This document shows positions 20,295 to 32,900 of a stretch of DNA of 64,000 nt, piece by piece (position 1 is the stretch's first letter; the number at the start of each line of letters is the position of its first letter). The stretch lies in IMG/VR virus record IMGVR_UViG_3300021376_004065. The stretch is one strand, 5' to 3'. Source of the stretch: a virus. The notes beneath the pieces were generated by a model. It did no database searches. It was not told where the DNA came from and saw nothing but the letters and a program-made list of their open reading frames with translations. The translations under genes were made by a program, and so were the position numbers.

Positions 20295-20853
20295 AATCTC
20301 CAGATGCATTTGACTGTCCGTATCCACTACTAAATATAGTAGCACTTGGCACGCCGTTTGTCGCATCAGGCCTAAACAGTCCAAACGATGCTGGAGCGCC
20401 ATGCGAATCTGATCTAGGGGCGTGTCCGTAGCTTGCAGTAAAAACTTCTGCTGAAGCTACACCATCAAATTTATAATTACTGTAAAGAGAGTAATCGTTA
20501 ACTCTGTCTACCGCATGTCCAAAGTTCGAACCAAACGCTCTTGCTGATTCCAGTCCCTTAAATTCAAAAGGCCTATATCTTGCACCGTCATACGTGGCTG
20601 TACCATCTGGGAATGTGCCGGAAAGAGGATGAACATAAAGTATTGTGCCATTAAACAATTGAGACAACAGTACATTACCAGGATGTCTACCAGTTCCCGG
20701 AACATAATGGTTGTCTGGTGCGCCATCTAAAACTCCCTTTGCAAAAAGTGGGTAGTATGAATATACTCCTGCGGTACCCTTAAACGGATTAATTAAGTCC
20801 TTAGTATTGACGCCCCTCAAAACTGGTCTTGGTCCTACATAAAACGTTGGCAT
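20239..20853 (-). CDS. hypothetical Gly/Tyr-rich, possibly structural protein
   Basis: Intact ORF. Confidence 0.5.
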   Translation of the reverse strand: MPTFYVGPRPVLRGVNTKDLINPFKGTAGVYSYYPLFAKGVLDGAPDNHYVPGTGRHPGNVLLSQLFNGTILYVHPLSGTFPDGTATYDGARYRPFEFKGLESARAFGSNFGHAVDRVNDYSLYSNYKFDGVASAEVFTASYGHAPRSDSHGAPASFGLFRPDATNGVPSATIFSSGYGQSNASGDYGRKKVNEHFGVPSSKAL

Positions 20854-20917
20854 TGTTGCTCCTTTATTTTTAATTCAATAAATTGACTATTGTTAATAGT
20901 AACTAATTATAGCTAAT

Positions 20918-22189
20918 TTAACTATATTTAATAACAAGATCATTTAAAATTGGCGCAGTACCATTTTCTGTTTTTGTTAAAGTAACCTCTATCCAAATAG
21001 AGCTAGAGCCACCTTGTGGGCTTAGGCTGTATCCTCCAGCGGCGGTCGGATAAACTGCCCTATAGGAAAATACTGTATTCATAATACTTAAGGGTACGTT
21101 GTATATTTTTGGAGATACGGAATCAACAGTATATATTAGCGAACCAGTTGGCGCATTAAACTTAATAAATGCCTTTCCAGTTTCTAGGTATTTATTTATT
21201 CGCAAATCTAGATCGGAAAGACCATATGTATAAATGTATTTATTATTTTCTTTTATGTAGTTTCTTTGTCTAAGAACTATCTTAAAAGCCGTTATCGGTT
21301 TATTGTCACTTTGTGATACATTAAAGTGAAAATGTAATGGACCCGAGTTTAAAATAGTGTCTGATATAGTAGCTCTGCTCCAGCCGCCAGGGGGAACATA
21401 GCCGACAGCGGAAGGGTCATTGCTGTAAAGCGAGTACTCGTTGATTGGCTTCCATCCGTCCGAGTCCGATAATATTGGATTTGATTTTTGCGTATACTCA
21501 AGAGATATTACATCAACTGAATTTATTGGATATGGAGAAAACATTAATGTATTTACTTTTTGATTTATAGTGTTTTGTGGAACTTTTATATAGAAGTTCA
21601 TTAGGGCACCATTTACCGAAGCCTGATCTACAGCCACTGATCTGGACCAAACCCTGTTGTGACTATCGTAAACTGCGTAATATGGAGGAGTGGTGTTTAT
21701 TACCGCTCCTGTTCCGTCAATTGAGGCAATTGGTTGAACTTTAAATTTTAAATAATCTGGAATTACTTGCTCTCCAATTGAATTATGGTTTTTTAAAACG
21801 GATACGCTTGAGCCAGATATTAATGGAAGAGTTAAATAATTGTATATTGAATTAAAAGTTAATTGTTCTGATGTTCCTATTGCAAAGGTGCCTTCTGAGG
21901 CGAATCGTGCGTTATCTATTTGCGAGAAAGAATGTATAGATGTAGTCTTTTCTTCCGCCTCAAGACCAGATACTCTGTCGATAAGGTCTTTGATAGCTCT
22001 AGTTAGAAAAATTTGATCCTTAGATATTCTAACGAAACTTTCGTCCACTTTAGCATCGATTGCATTATATTTATTGTATAAGTAAACTAAATCTTGATAG
22101 TTTTCTTCAACCCTTTTATTATAGTCCGCCGAACTATAGTTTCCACCATATTGATTCGTTCTTTTCTGGGTATTTATTATTTCTGTCAT
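20918..22189 (-). CDS. putative tail fibre/virion protein
   Basis: Intact ORF in tail module with a short coiled-coil-like region. Confidence 0.5.
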   Translation of the reverse strand: MTEIINTQKRTNQYGGNYSSADYNKRVEENYQDLVYLYNKYNAIDAKVDESFVRISKDQIFLTRAIKDLIDRVSGLEAEEKTTSIHSFSQIDNARFASEGTFAIGTSEQLTFNSIYNYLTLPLISGSSVSVLKNHNSIGEQVIPDYLKFKVQPIASIDGTGAVINTTPPYYAVYDSHNRVWSRSVAVDQASVNGALMNFYIKVPQNTINQKVNTLMFSPYPINSVDVISLEYTQKSNPILSDSDGWKPINEYSLYSNDPSAVGYVPPGGWSRATISDTILNSGPLHFHFNVSQSDNKPITAFKIVLRQRNYIKENNKYIYTYGLSDLDLRINKYLETGKAFIKFNAPTGSLIYTVDSVSPKIYNVPLSIMNTVFSYRAVYPTAAGGYSLSPQGGSSSIWIEVTLTKTENGTAPILNDLVIKYS

Positions 22190-22198
22190 TTGAATTTC

Positions 22199-22573
22199 CT
22201 AGCTTTCTAGTATACTTATTTTTCTATTTAATCTAGTAATAATTGCCGATAGCTCTAAGGTATCATTCGATAAATAATAAGATGGCGTAGCGTCTGAATA
22301 CATCTTATAGTAAGCGTTGTATATCGGTGTTGCTGGAATAGTATTAGGCGTGGCTGAATTATGAAAATAAAATTCATTTGACATACTATTTAATTTATTC
22401 TCTATTTCTAACAATTTTTTCTTTAATCTAGCTATATCTATAACCAATTGATCCTGTTCAAGGTTTTCTTGCTCCGAATTTCTTGGCCCTCTATAAATTT
22501 GTCTAGACCTAGACAAAAGTGGTTGATAAATATCATTTTTTTTATCTTTTTCATTAGAAAAATAGTTTTCCAT
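22199..22573 (-). CDS. putative virion-associated protein
   Basis: Intact ORF. Confidence 0.45.
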   Translation of the reverse strand: MENYFSNEKDKKNDIYQPLLSRSRQIYRGPRNSEQENLEQDQLVIDIARLKKKLLEIENKLNSMSNEFYFHNSATPNTIPATPIYNAYYKMYSDATPSYYLSNDTLELSAIITRLNRKISILES

Positions 22574-22577
22574 TTTA

Positions 22578-24797
22578 TTAATATCCTCTATTGTTTGGTG
22601 CTAAGATTTTAGAAGTTTCTGTTAATGCCCTATTTTGAAGGGAATCGGATCTTTTAAATTTAACTTTATAAGAAGTTATAATTGGAGATGCCTTTGGACT
22701 AGTAAGTTCTCTTGTCATATTTATTCTCACTCTCATAGACTGAACATCAGATGAATCAGAAGTAGTTGTATAATAAAATCTTGAACCATCAACTAATGGC
22801 CTATTTGATATAATATAATTTATTGTATCTATTTTATCAATACTAAAACTATTTTTTATTAATTCATTTTCTTGTCTAAATAACTGATTATTAATATACA
22901 TCATATAATTCTGATATACAAATCCATATTCTGAAATTCTAGACTGTTGCATAAGGGTGAACGATCCATATAGTCCAAGCTGCGAAGCTACCGATTTTTT
23001 TGGTTGAGCGTCAATACATATCTTGACGTTGTTTGCGCCTTTTTTAAAATTCCAAGTAATATTATCCATTCTTATTCCTGGCCTTATTCTTTTAATAATA
23101 ACTCCATTTAAATAAATTGCCATGTCCCAATTTGAACTATTGTCATCATCTTTCGTAAGACTTTTTTGTATAGATAAATCTGAACCAACAATTATATTGA
23201 AATCTATTAAAACACTACCGCCTTCATTTATTGAAGGAGCAGACCAAAAAGATGAAGTTGAACCTAAACTGTAAGTAGATTTTATTATTCTGTTTAATTT
23301 TTCTTCGGCGATTATGTTTTTCCAATTTGATAAATTTTCGCACAAATTACTTTCATACTTATATTTATACCAGGTAAATTTGTTATAACCCTCTAATATA
23401 AATGGTTCTACTATTTGCTCAGAAATAGAATTAAGTTTTGCTACTTTGCAGATTGAAATATTTTCGTATCCTGGAATATCTTTCTGCGTAGTTTTTGAAA
23501 TATTTTTTAAAACAAATTCAGAGTCTTCTTTATTTTCTAGTATTGTTTTATAATTTTGAGAAGATCCATTAAAAGATACCACAGTTGAGTATGACTTATT
23601 TTCTTGATTGGTTGGTGATATTGGAATCCACTTAAAGTCATCTATGGTTATAGCGTCTGGGTTGTCTTTGGCCACGTAATATGAAACATTATTTGATATA
23701 TCGTTTTGAGAAGCTACTTCAATTGAAACGGCGTCGATTACATTTTTTTTATTATCATTATAAGATATATTAATTGGGGGCGAAACATAAATTGCGCTAG
23801 TGTCGAAATACATTCCAGACATTATAATATCTCTAATAATAAAATCATATTCATACGACACTGAGTTTCCCACTGCAATCATTCTATCTGGTTCGTTTTT
23901 CACAAAGAACAAGCTAGTTGAATTTACATTTATCGGATCAAATTGAAAAACAAAATTGTCAAAATCGGACTCAGATTGTTTTGAATATAGCGGCAATCCG
24001 CGTTCAGATGAGGTTGATGACAGCTGTGCAATAATGTTAACTTTTTTATCAGAAGATATTCTTCCCTGTATTCTGGATATTGAAGAAGAAGAAATTGCGG
24101 AAATATCTAATTGCATTGTACATATTCCAGGAGAATTTGACCTGTGAGTATACTTCCAATACGTGTCATTTAAATTGTCAAACATTAGAGACGCTTCTGG
24201 GCCAATTTCTGTATCTGTTTTTACATTTTGTCCATTAAAAAATATTGAATATTTAGCGTTATTTGCAGTGGCTATGTTATTTGCAACTTGATTAAATGCA
24301 CCAGAGTTTAGACTTGGAAGAGATATAGATCTTGAATCGGAATCCAAGTATGCTGTAGAATATTTTACGTCAATTGAATCAATGTCTTGAAATTCTTCCG
24401 TAAAAGAAGCGTAAAAACCATCTGTGTTTGTTATCGAAAATAGAAAATCATCTATTGTTTTTTCTATCTTAACCCTTCTTGCTCTCAGCGAATCAATTCT
24501 ATTATTTAAAGATGAAACAGCAGCGTATAGATCTTCTATCGCCTCGTAAGAGGCGTCATACAGCACGTCCATATTAAATATCGCCTTTGCCATCATGTCA
24601 TTTACGATATCTACATTTGCAGTGGTATCATATCTTAAGTTTTCGGCATATAGTTGCAGTGGTGATCCAGCTGGATTTTCGGAAAAGTACTCTGCGTAGA
24701 GAGATTTTAACAAAGCTTCGTCTATTTTTTTGCCATACGCGTAATACGATTTGTATAAATTGTTTAAAAATCTTGCTTTTTGAATATCTTCTATCAT
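22578..24797 (-). CDS. putative tail fibre/adhesin-like structural protein
   Basis: Long ORF rich in beta-type sequence, contains jelly-roll-like ASLMFDNLNDTYWKYTHRSNSPGICTMQLDIS. Confidence 0.5.
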   Translation of the reverse strand: MIEDIQKARFLNNLYKSYYAYGKKIDEALLKSLYAEYFSENPAGSPLQLYAENLRYDTTANVDIVNDMMAKAIFNMDVLYDASYEAIEDLYAAVSSLNNRIDSLRARRVKIEKTIDDFLFSITNTDGFYASFTEEFQDIDSIDVKYSTAYLDSDSRSISLPSLNSGAFNQVANNIATANNAKYSIFFNGQNVKTDTEIGPEASLMFDNLNDTYWKYTHRSNSPGICTMQLDISAISSSSISRIQGRISSDKKVNIIAQLSSTSSERGLPLYSKQSESDFDNFVFQFDPINVNSTSLFFVKNEPDRMIAVGNSVSYEYDFIIRDIIMSGMYFDTSAIYVSPPINISYNDNKKNVIDAVSIEVASQNDISNNVSYYVAKDNPDAITIDDFKWIPISPTNQENKSYSTVVSFNGSSQNYKTILENKEDSEFVLKNISKTTQKDIPGYENISICKVAKLNSISEQIVEPFILEGYNKFTWYKYKYESNLCENLSNWKNIIAEEKLNRIIKSTYSLGSTSSFWSAPSINEGGSVLIDFNIIVGSDLSIQKSLTKDDDNSSNWDMAIYLNGVIIKRIRPGIRMDNITWNFKKGANNVKICIDAQPKKSVASQLGLYGSFTLMQQSRISEYGFVYQNYMMYINNQLFRQENELIKNSFSIDKIDTINYIISNRPLVDGSRFYYTTTSDSSDVQSMRVRINMTRELTSPKASPIITSYKVKFKRSDSLQNRALTETSKILAPNNRGY

Positions 24798-27275
24798 ACT
24801 CTTAATACCTTTACTGCTAACTGATAATAATTTACTTTTGGAGTGCCATTAGTATTGTATGGTTTTTTTAGAACTATTTTTACTCTAACTGAATTTACCT
24901 TTTTTGGGCTTGACAAATACGCTACTCCGGGTATTCTATTTTCAGATAAAATTGAACTATTAAAACAATATATTTCTGGAATTTGAAAACTAAATGGATC
25001 CTCAGCTGGACTTATTGGAAGCCATGATGCTCCATCGTCTATTGATACATAGTAAGATATTGGATGATAATCTTCATTTCTTGAGTCAATAATTGGAATA
25101 CTGTAATCTGAATACAGCATGAGGTATTCGATTGGCTGCAAGAAATTGTACGGTTTAGATATTATTTCGCATTGATTTTGATAAGCCTCTGAAGATACTG
25201 AAATATCTCTTAGGCCAATAAACCATCTTCTGGCTTCAATACTTTTGTCATCTATTTTTTGTCCATTGCTTAGGATTTCATATTCTTTGTTTAAAGTCAA
25301 ATTATATTTAGCTTTTACTGCAGCTGTTTTTTCAACATATTCAGATTCAATTTGAGAAGCAGTGTTAGTATATAACTCTCCAAGATAGTATGCTGGCTTA
25401 TCTTCGTTTAAATATGATGGCAATTTCGTGACTCCAATTAATTTATATTTCATCATCCACCAATCAAACACTGCTTCCGGTATCTTCTCTGTTCCAGAAG
25501 GGGGAACATAATCTGGATTGGTTGCATACGGTAGTGTCAGAGTTGCCCATTTGGAATCATTTGGGTCTATGGTTTTACTTCCCGTAAAAAATCTCTTTGG
25601 TTGTTCGTCGCCTTCTTTTTCGTAGCCTTGTATTTTAAAAGATGCTGGCCACCAATCTTCAAATATCTCCTTATTGGGAGGAACTAGTGTCTTTTCATAT
25701 TCGTACTCTGTTGTATTTAAGGTTTTAAGAAAATCTATATAGATATATTTATTTTGTTTTTTATCAAATACTTTCATTAAATAATATCCATAAGAAATTT
25801 GTGTATCTCCGCTAATGTTAACGTTCCTGGAAGAGCGAGAAGATGAGCCAACGATTTCTGGATTAGTAATTGGCGGAACGAGAGAAGATATGGTTGAGTC
25901 TACTCCGGAAATATTACTTAGTTGATTTCTTGAAAATATAATATTAGGAGAAAACCTTGAATTTTTTGCCCAAACACCAGGGGGGGCAGTTTTGGTTAAC
26001 GACTGCCTATAGGCATATTCTTCGGAAGAATTGTTGAAATCAAAAGAGCTATATATATTTGCTATCTTCCAGTACGCATGCTTTATTGTTATTGGCGAAG
26101 ATTGATTTTGTTCAAAAGTTACTGTAGCTTTTAGTAGGTTTCTTTCGGCAAATTTGATAACTGCTTTTTTATAAAAATAATATGCAGAATTCTGCACGTC
26201 AGTTGGAACTACGGAAGTGCCAACTATAATTGGTTTCGATATTATTTCTTCTATTTTTTGACCATTTGAATCTGAACTCTCAAGCACTACGCTTGTAATT
26301 TTTAAGTTTACAGAAACGTTGTTATCGTATCCAAAAAACGGTTGAATTGAAATTGAATTAGCTGGAGAAGATAAACTGTCTCCTTTTGTCATTTCTATAA
26401 CTAATTTTAGTGGGGTATTATCAGCTTGATTCCAGTTTATAAAAGAATTTCTATTATTAATTCTATCTAAATATTGAAACTCAAAGTCATAATTTGGGCC
26501 TAATAAATTAGAAACTTTTAGTTTTTCAAATTCAAAATATGTTTCTGGATTAGAGTCAAGATATATATTGTTTAAATTATTTACTATTCTTTCTTCAAAT
26601 ATAAATTTATAATCTTCTTGATTATTCGAATTTGGATTGTCGCTTACGTTTTTTCTAATAGCCATATGAAAATTTCCGCTTGTTCCATTTGACAAAATGT
26701 TTCCGTTGTTATCTTTACTCTTAATTGAAACCGAACCAATTGTCCACTGTGCCCCAGATATAACCGGAAGAGTTAAATATCCATCTATTGTAGATCCAAT
26801 TGAAAAATTGTATTTTTGAGTAAGGTCCACATTTTCCATGTTTTCAAAAGAATCTCCAAGATAATATATATCTTCGCTGCTTCCTTTTGAATATAGTTGA
26901 AGTATTTTTAGTTTTGAATTAATTTTTTCTAGAGAATTACTTTCTTTAGAAATTTCAGAAGTAAATAAGCTAAACACATTGTATATCTTTGCTCTAAGAT
27001 AATCTATTTGTCTTGAAATTATTGCAGAATCAGCTGAAATATCTTCGGCGAATTTTAAGATTGGCCCTGATCTTGGCGGTTGACCGTTTAATTAAGGGTT
27101 CGTACTTTGTTATAACTCCAACGTTGGAATTATCTATTTCTTGAATAAGGTTTTGAAAATTTACGTTAAATTCCTCATAGTTTTTAAATTTTTGATTATA
27201 ATAATCGTCAAAAAACTTAGATATTTTATATACAATTCTGTCATAAGTAACTGTTGTTGGAGAAAACTGAGCCAT
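24794..27275 (-). CDS. putative tail fibre/structural protein, one +1 shift at CGG
   Basis: ...ITKYEPLIK-GQPPRSGPILKFAEDISADSAIISRQIDYLRAKIYNVFSLFTSEI...; length 2482 = 3n+1. Confidence 0.7.
27083..27086 (-). other. +1 recoding site AAA C GGT
   Basis: In-frame CGG; joins LIK-GQPPRSG. Confidence 0.85.
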
Positions 27276-27278
27276 ATA

Positions 27279-29924
27279 CTATGTCACTTTCAGCAGTTTG
27301 TTCGTTAAATTATCATTTGCGCTTTGTTGATACTTCATTATAAAATTATCAACATAAGAGCTGTTGTCCAAAGAGGACAAATTTCTAATAACTATTTTAT
27401 ATCTCAAAGATCCAGGAATATAATCATAAATCACTCTTGCATTTGATACTCTTTTACTAAATGTTATAGAATTTCCTGAATGTATATAATATGTTTCATT
27501 GATAAAATTGTCTGGTAATCTATATTTTACATATTTATTTGGTAAATAGTTTGTTAAATTAACTGCTGGTTTTCCATCTTCTAATATAACTGTTAGTGGA
27601 GAATATGTTTCTGTACCGCCTATTCCAATAGTCCCAGAAGAGAAAGAATAAGTGTGATTGGCGAACTTTGCATATTTTACACATGGGTCGTAACTTAATC
27701 TAACAGTATTTTCTGCTCCAGTACTAGAAACAACTTCTCCCAATCCACCATTGGAGATATATGTGGTGGTTGAATAACTCTGAATAAATCTAGAACTGAA
27801 ATCTATTTCCTTAGTTGAATCAATATCAAGTGGGATATACTCTACAACATATTTGTCATGTGTCCTATAGTTTATTATATTAATACTATTTACCGATCTC
27901 GAATTTGAAACTTCAAAGGATTTGTCTGGTAATAATATTCCATTTTTATACAACTTAATTGTTTCTGATTTGGCTGCAAAGCGCAGTTCTGCAAAGCCGT
28001 TTACGCTAGAGGGAAAAAGTAACTCTCCATATACTTTGTCTTGATCATAGGGAAGGATGGGTATCCAGTCAATGTCTTTCTGCGCATTCACGTTTGAACT
28101 TATGGAAAATTCTATTGTTGCGCTTGTATTTAAATCACTTTGATTATTTGTATTTTTTGTAAGAAAATAATTAGATTTTATTTTTACCTTATTTACGTGT
28201 CCGCTAGAATCAATTGGCTTAGAAATAAATACAGTTTTAGATGACACGGAATTATTGTATGAATTTGAATTATTAGAAGTTGTCGAATGTGATATGTTCC
28301 CAAACTTCAAGTTTTTTATAGAAAATAAATACTCATAAGAATTTGTAACATCTAAACTGGACAGAAATTGTTGAGCTGTTTTTTCATTTGAAACTGCAAA
28401 ATATGGATCATTATTTTGCCATTCTACTCCATGAGACGACTGAAGATTATTTATCTGAATAGATCCAAGAAAGTCAACTGATCCAATATTGTTTGAATCT
28501 TGCGTCGGCCTTGAAGCAATGTAATAATTTGAACTCATTCTATACTTATTCCCAAGAACATAGGCAACTACTGACTCAACTATATGGGATAGTTTATTTG
28601 TGTTCTGCATTTTATCTTTATTGTATAGTTCTACGAAATTCTTTTTAGAGGACAAAAACTCATGCAAAGAACCGTATAGTGGTTCGGTATTTTCACATGG
28701 ATATCTATAGGAATAATAATTTGGAATATAATCTACGTTAGATGATAATTGAAATATTTCATTTCTTTTAGTAAAATAAGAATAAACAACATCTTGAAGC
28801 TTATCGTGTTTTTTTGATCTAGCATTTCTAATCATTTGAATATAGGCGTTGATGGTTTTTGATTGATTATCTGATGCGCTTGAGGTATTGGTAATTCTTT
28901 TGTATTTTGGTTGATTTATAACTAATTTTATTTTTTTAACCAATAATTTTTCAAAAGAAATATCTTTTATTGATTCTATCAATAAGGGAGAATCTAATAG
29001 AAATGTTTTATTTTCAGAATTATTTAGCGAAGAATTGCTTGGACTAGAATTTGTTGGATTGATTGCAGAATAAATTATTACCTGAATCAACTGGAAATTA
29101 GTGCCCATATTTGGGGCAATTCTCATAACATTCATTTCTTGTGGATTTTCAAAAACGAAAGTTAGCGAAGCATTGGCTCCCTTAATGTTTGAAAAATTAT
29201 AATTAATTTCGTTAAAATCTTTATTGTAAGAAGTAATAACAGAAGGAGCCTTCACGGTTACGTTCCAGCTTTTGTTTGAACTATCACTAAAAAGATTTGT
29301 TATATCAGAACTGGAAGAAATATACGAGCTGAAATTGTTCTCATAACTTTCAAGTTTTGGAACGTAATTATTATTTATAAAAGCAGTTCCTGATTTTAAT
29401 GTTCCAGAAACACTGTCGACGATCCCAAAGCACTGGGGGTCTAGCTCTAATCCGTTTCTATCGTATTGTTTGTTTTGAAATGATTCTGAAAAATAAGAGT
29501 TTGAATCGTCAACAAATGATTCAATAAAATTACCATTATAAAGATCATCTTCTCCAGAAATAAAAGAAAAGTTATTAGTAAAAGTTTCTAATTCTTTTAT
29601 ATTTTTATCTAACTTTGATAACTCTGAGTTAAGTATCTCAATGTAACCATTGAAGAGTGTGCTTATTCCATTCATTGCATCGTAATATTGTAAAGTTTTT
29701 AAGTTCATATCTCTAAAAAAATCTAAAAACAATTCAAAAGAAACTAAGGAATAAGGTTGTATGTCTAAACCATTATATTTTCCTATTGAAGAAATATTTT
29801 TTAGAACTGAGGATATAGACGCAACGCTTCTTTGGTCGTTTTTTGCGGAAATTATTAATTGAGAAATAGTTTTACGCGATCCAAGAGAATAAGTTTTAAT
29901 AGAATCCGGAAAAGAACTTTTCAT
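27279..29924 (-). CDS. putative tail fibre/structural protein
   Basis: Intact long ORF. Confidence 0.5.
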   Translation of the reverse strand: MKSSFPDSIKTYSLGSRKTISQLIISAKNDQRSVASISSVLKNISSIGKYNGLDIQPYSLVSFELFLDFFRDMNLKTLQYYDAMNGISTLFNGYIEILNSELSKLDKNIKELETFTNNFSFISGEDDLYNGNFIESFVDDSNSYFSESFQNKQYDRNGLELDPQCFGIVDSVSGTLKSGTAFINNNYVPKLESYENNFSSYISSSSDITNLFSDSSNKSWNVTVKAPSVITSYNKDFNEINYNFSNIKGANASLTFVFENPQEMNVMRIAPNMGTNFQLIQVIIYSAINPTNSSPSNSSLNNSENKTFLLDSPLLIESIKDISFEKLLVKKIKLVINQPKYKRITNTSSASDNQSKTINAYIQMIRNARSKKHDKLQDVVYSYFTKRNEIFQLSSNVDYIPNYYSYRYPCENTEPLYGSLHEFLSSKKNFVELYNKDKMQNTNKLSHIVESVVAYVLGNKYRMSSNYYIASRPTQDSNNIGSVDFLGSIQINNLQSSHGVEWQNNDPYFAVSNEKTAQQFLSSLDVTNSYEYLFSIKNLKFGNISHSTTSNNSNSYNNSVSSKTVFISKPIDSSGHVNKVKIKSNYFLTKNTNNQSDLNTSATIEFSISSNVNAQKDIDWIPILPYDQDKVYGELLFPSSVNGFAELRFAAKSETIKLYKNGILLPDKSFEVSNSRSVNSINIINYRTHDKYVVEYIPLDIDSTKEIDFSSRFIQSYSTTTYISNGGLGEVVSSTGAENTVRLSYDPCVKYAKFANHTYSFSSGTIGIGGTETYSPLTVILEDGKPAVNLTNYLPNKYVKYRLPDNFINETYYIHSGNSITFSKRVSNARVIYDYIPGSLRYKIVIRNLSSLDNSSYVDNFIMKYQQSANDNLTNKLLKVT

Positions 29925-29925
29925 T

Positions 29926-32900
29926 TTACAAATCTCCCCATGGATTACCGTCGTAGTCTTGAATTTCGTACACCACTCCAGCTGTTATTGCGGAATCTAT
30001 TGTTTCTCTTATCTTTGCGTTGCTCATATGGTTCTTTAAACTACTTGGTAATTGTATTATTAAATAGCCACTGTTAACGTATGCATAGCCGTCTGGTCCT
30101 GAAATGTCCCAAAACGATCTTGCACTGGGTATATTTTTAATAATTTCAACTGAATCATACTGATAGGATAGCCCGCCACCTTTTAGCCTTAGGTCGTTTA
30201 ATTTAAAAGAATCTAAGACATTGCGATCAACAACGTATATAGTACTTATTAAAATGGCAAATGGATTATATAATGGATGACCTGGGTCAAAAATTCTTCC
30301 GTCTTCCGTATATGCCAATGTTGATTGCGTTTCAATTATTTCTTTATACGAAGACTGCAGACTCCTCTTGCCAACTATCTCTATGCTTCTTGGAATTATG
30401 TAGAAAAAAATTGGTTTATTAAATTTAATATTTTTTTTATCTAAGTAAGGATTTAGGTTGACAACTTTGTTGTTTATTATTTTTATCGGCCTATATGAAA
30501 TCTCTACCGCATAATTGACTTTAATTAAATTAATATCATTAGGTACAAGTGATCTTTTAAATTGTATCAAACCGGTATGGCAGTCAAATATGGCTATATC
30601 GGAAAAATCAACCTTGACCCAAGGTGACGAAACGCTTTCTCTCGTATATATAAATACGTATGGCTTTATTGGTGAACCGAACAATGTGATATCTTCAGAG
30701 GGTTCGTGAATCGCTGCAACAGGCGTTTGTCTTAATTTTATTGTTTTTGAATCCAAAATTAACGGTTTCTCTTCATATATGTCTGCATATGGTTTGCCTA
30801 AAATTTTTGACCAACCAGAATTAGAATAAAAGAAAGTATCATAGAAACATCTAACAGCTACTTCAGGCTTAGTACTTGTACCTGAATCAAAATATTTTTT
30901 AATCCACAGTAAATCTTGATTATAAATTTGATTAACATTAAGATGAAAATCTTTAGTAAAAGAGCCAGCGCTTATTCCAACATGCCATTCTGATTTTTTA
31001 TCCAAATAGCTTTGCGGCTTAAATAGTTGTATCGATGCCCTATTTTGAAATTTGACATTATATACTGGGCATACTATTCTGTTAGGAACTCTTGATATCG
31101 AAACTGGAATGGTGGAAAATCCAGAAAAATCAAGATCATCGACCAAAGTATTGCCATCATAATCTATTGCTACAACTGCAATATATATATTATCTTTTCC
31201 GTTTCTTTCTAAATACTCTGAATAGGAAATATTTTTTCCTAATAATTTTTTTGTAGAAATATCATAAAATCCGTAGACTAAACCTAATTCGTCGGAGGTC
31301 GGCATAGAGTTGGTTTTTTTAACGTAAATATTTGTTATATTTTCCGACCTTGTATCAGTAGAAGAGGTTGTAAAGGTCGACGGAAAACCAACCGGCCTAC
31401 CCTGACTGTCGCACAAGCAAACTATTCCAGCTAAGTAGTCTACAGTGTTTTTATTTGTTGGGCTTACTTTATTTGTTTTAGGTTCTCCAGCTGTCAAGAA
31501 AGAGGCGTAGAGGTGTCTATGTTCTCCAATGGTTGTTTCTCCACCGTAAAAAACTTCTCGTGAAATCTTACTTATGTCAACATCATACTTAACAACAAAT
31601 TGACTAGTTCCATTTATATTTGATTGAGACTCTGGAAGCAATAATTGAATATAATCGATGTACGGACTAGAGGCACTGGGCGTTTGTCCAGTTGGTGCAA
31701 CCTTTTTTGTATGAACTGTTACTGATTCCTCTGGAGCCACAATTCCTCTAGAAAGATTGACAGTTACTTCTCCCCATTCGTTTGTGGTTCCAATTAAAAA
31801 ATTTATTTGAGAAACGCTATTGGTATCTAGCGCCATGCCAGAAATTATTCTTGTTGGAGAATCTTCTTTGTATGTAAATGTTTGTTTTTGATTTTCTTGA
31901 TTTATGTAATAAAAATCACGAACTGTTAGTGGAAGAGAATAATAATTTGCACTTGTTATTGTTTCATCTTTTGGAGTATTTGCTATGGTTAAACCGTGCA
32001 CCGACTTAGTGGCAGTTACATCTATGTACCCATTTACATTTATACTTCCTGCTTCTTTTGGTACGTCGCCATATTCCGGCTCACCCTCCGTCTGCCCTGG
32101 ATCGGGCTCGTATTCAAATGCTATATTGTTTATAAATATGCCTTGAGCTGAACCGTACTTAGCGTTGGGGAGTTTTGAACCTCTAACAGCTAGGACTAAA
32201 TATTTATATGGACTTCCAATTTCGTATTCAACATTTATATTAATTGCACTTGAGTTGTTTGCTCCAACAAAAGTCACGTTGCCACCTAATACATTTAGTC
32301 CACCGTTGGCTGGAACCTTCCTTAATAACTCTTCATTATTTACAGTATAAAAATTACCAGGGCCAAAAAACTCTTCCTTGTACATTACTGCGCTTTCGAC
32401 CGATATATTTGTATCTCCTGAAGATACTGTTATCTTGTTAATTTTTGTTTTAATTGTTCTTTTTGTTAAAGCTGATGGTAAAGCTATTACAAAAACTCCG
32501 ACTATTGATGACGGAGTTTTAAGTGGAGCTCCAGAATAGGATATTCTTTTTATATTACCAGTAGTTGCAGTAGTTACAGGATCTGCCTGTATTGCAGCGT
32601 CTATATACTGAAGAACTTTTTTTCCAACGTTTGGTCTGTTAACTGTGTTGTTATAATATCTACTGATTTGATTCTTAAATTGACCGAGAATTCCTCCGTT
32701 ATATGCCTTGCCCCAAAAATATGCCATGATTGATTTAGTCTCTGAATCAACAGTTCCATCAATAACGGCGGCTTTGTAAGTTTTCTGAAAACTTATAACA
32801 GCTGCTTTTGTTTGTGGGCCAAATTGTCCATCGGTAACAATGTTCTGCCCACTTAATCTAAGTGTCCATTGAATATAGTGAACATACGGACCAGAATTTT

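Noticed and set aside
20295-20402. Upstream extension of ORF 19968..20402 (MALQHRLDCLGLMRQTACQ...)
   Set aside because: Out of frame inside 20239..20853; the plausible start is ATG at 20294 (MEERKLTNTSE).
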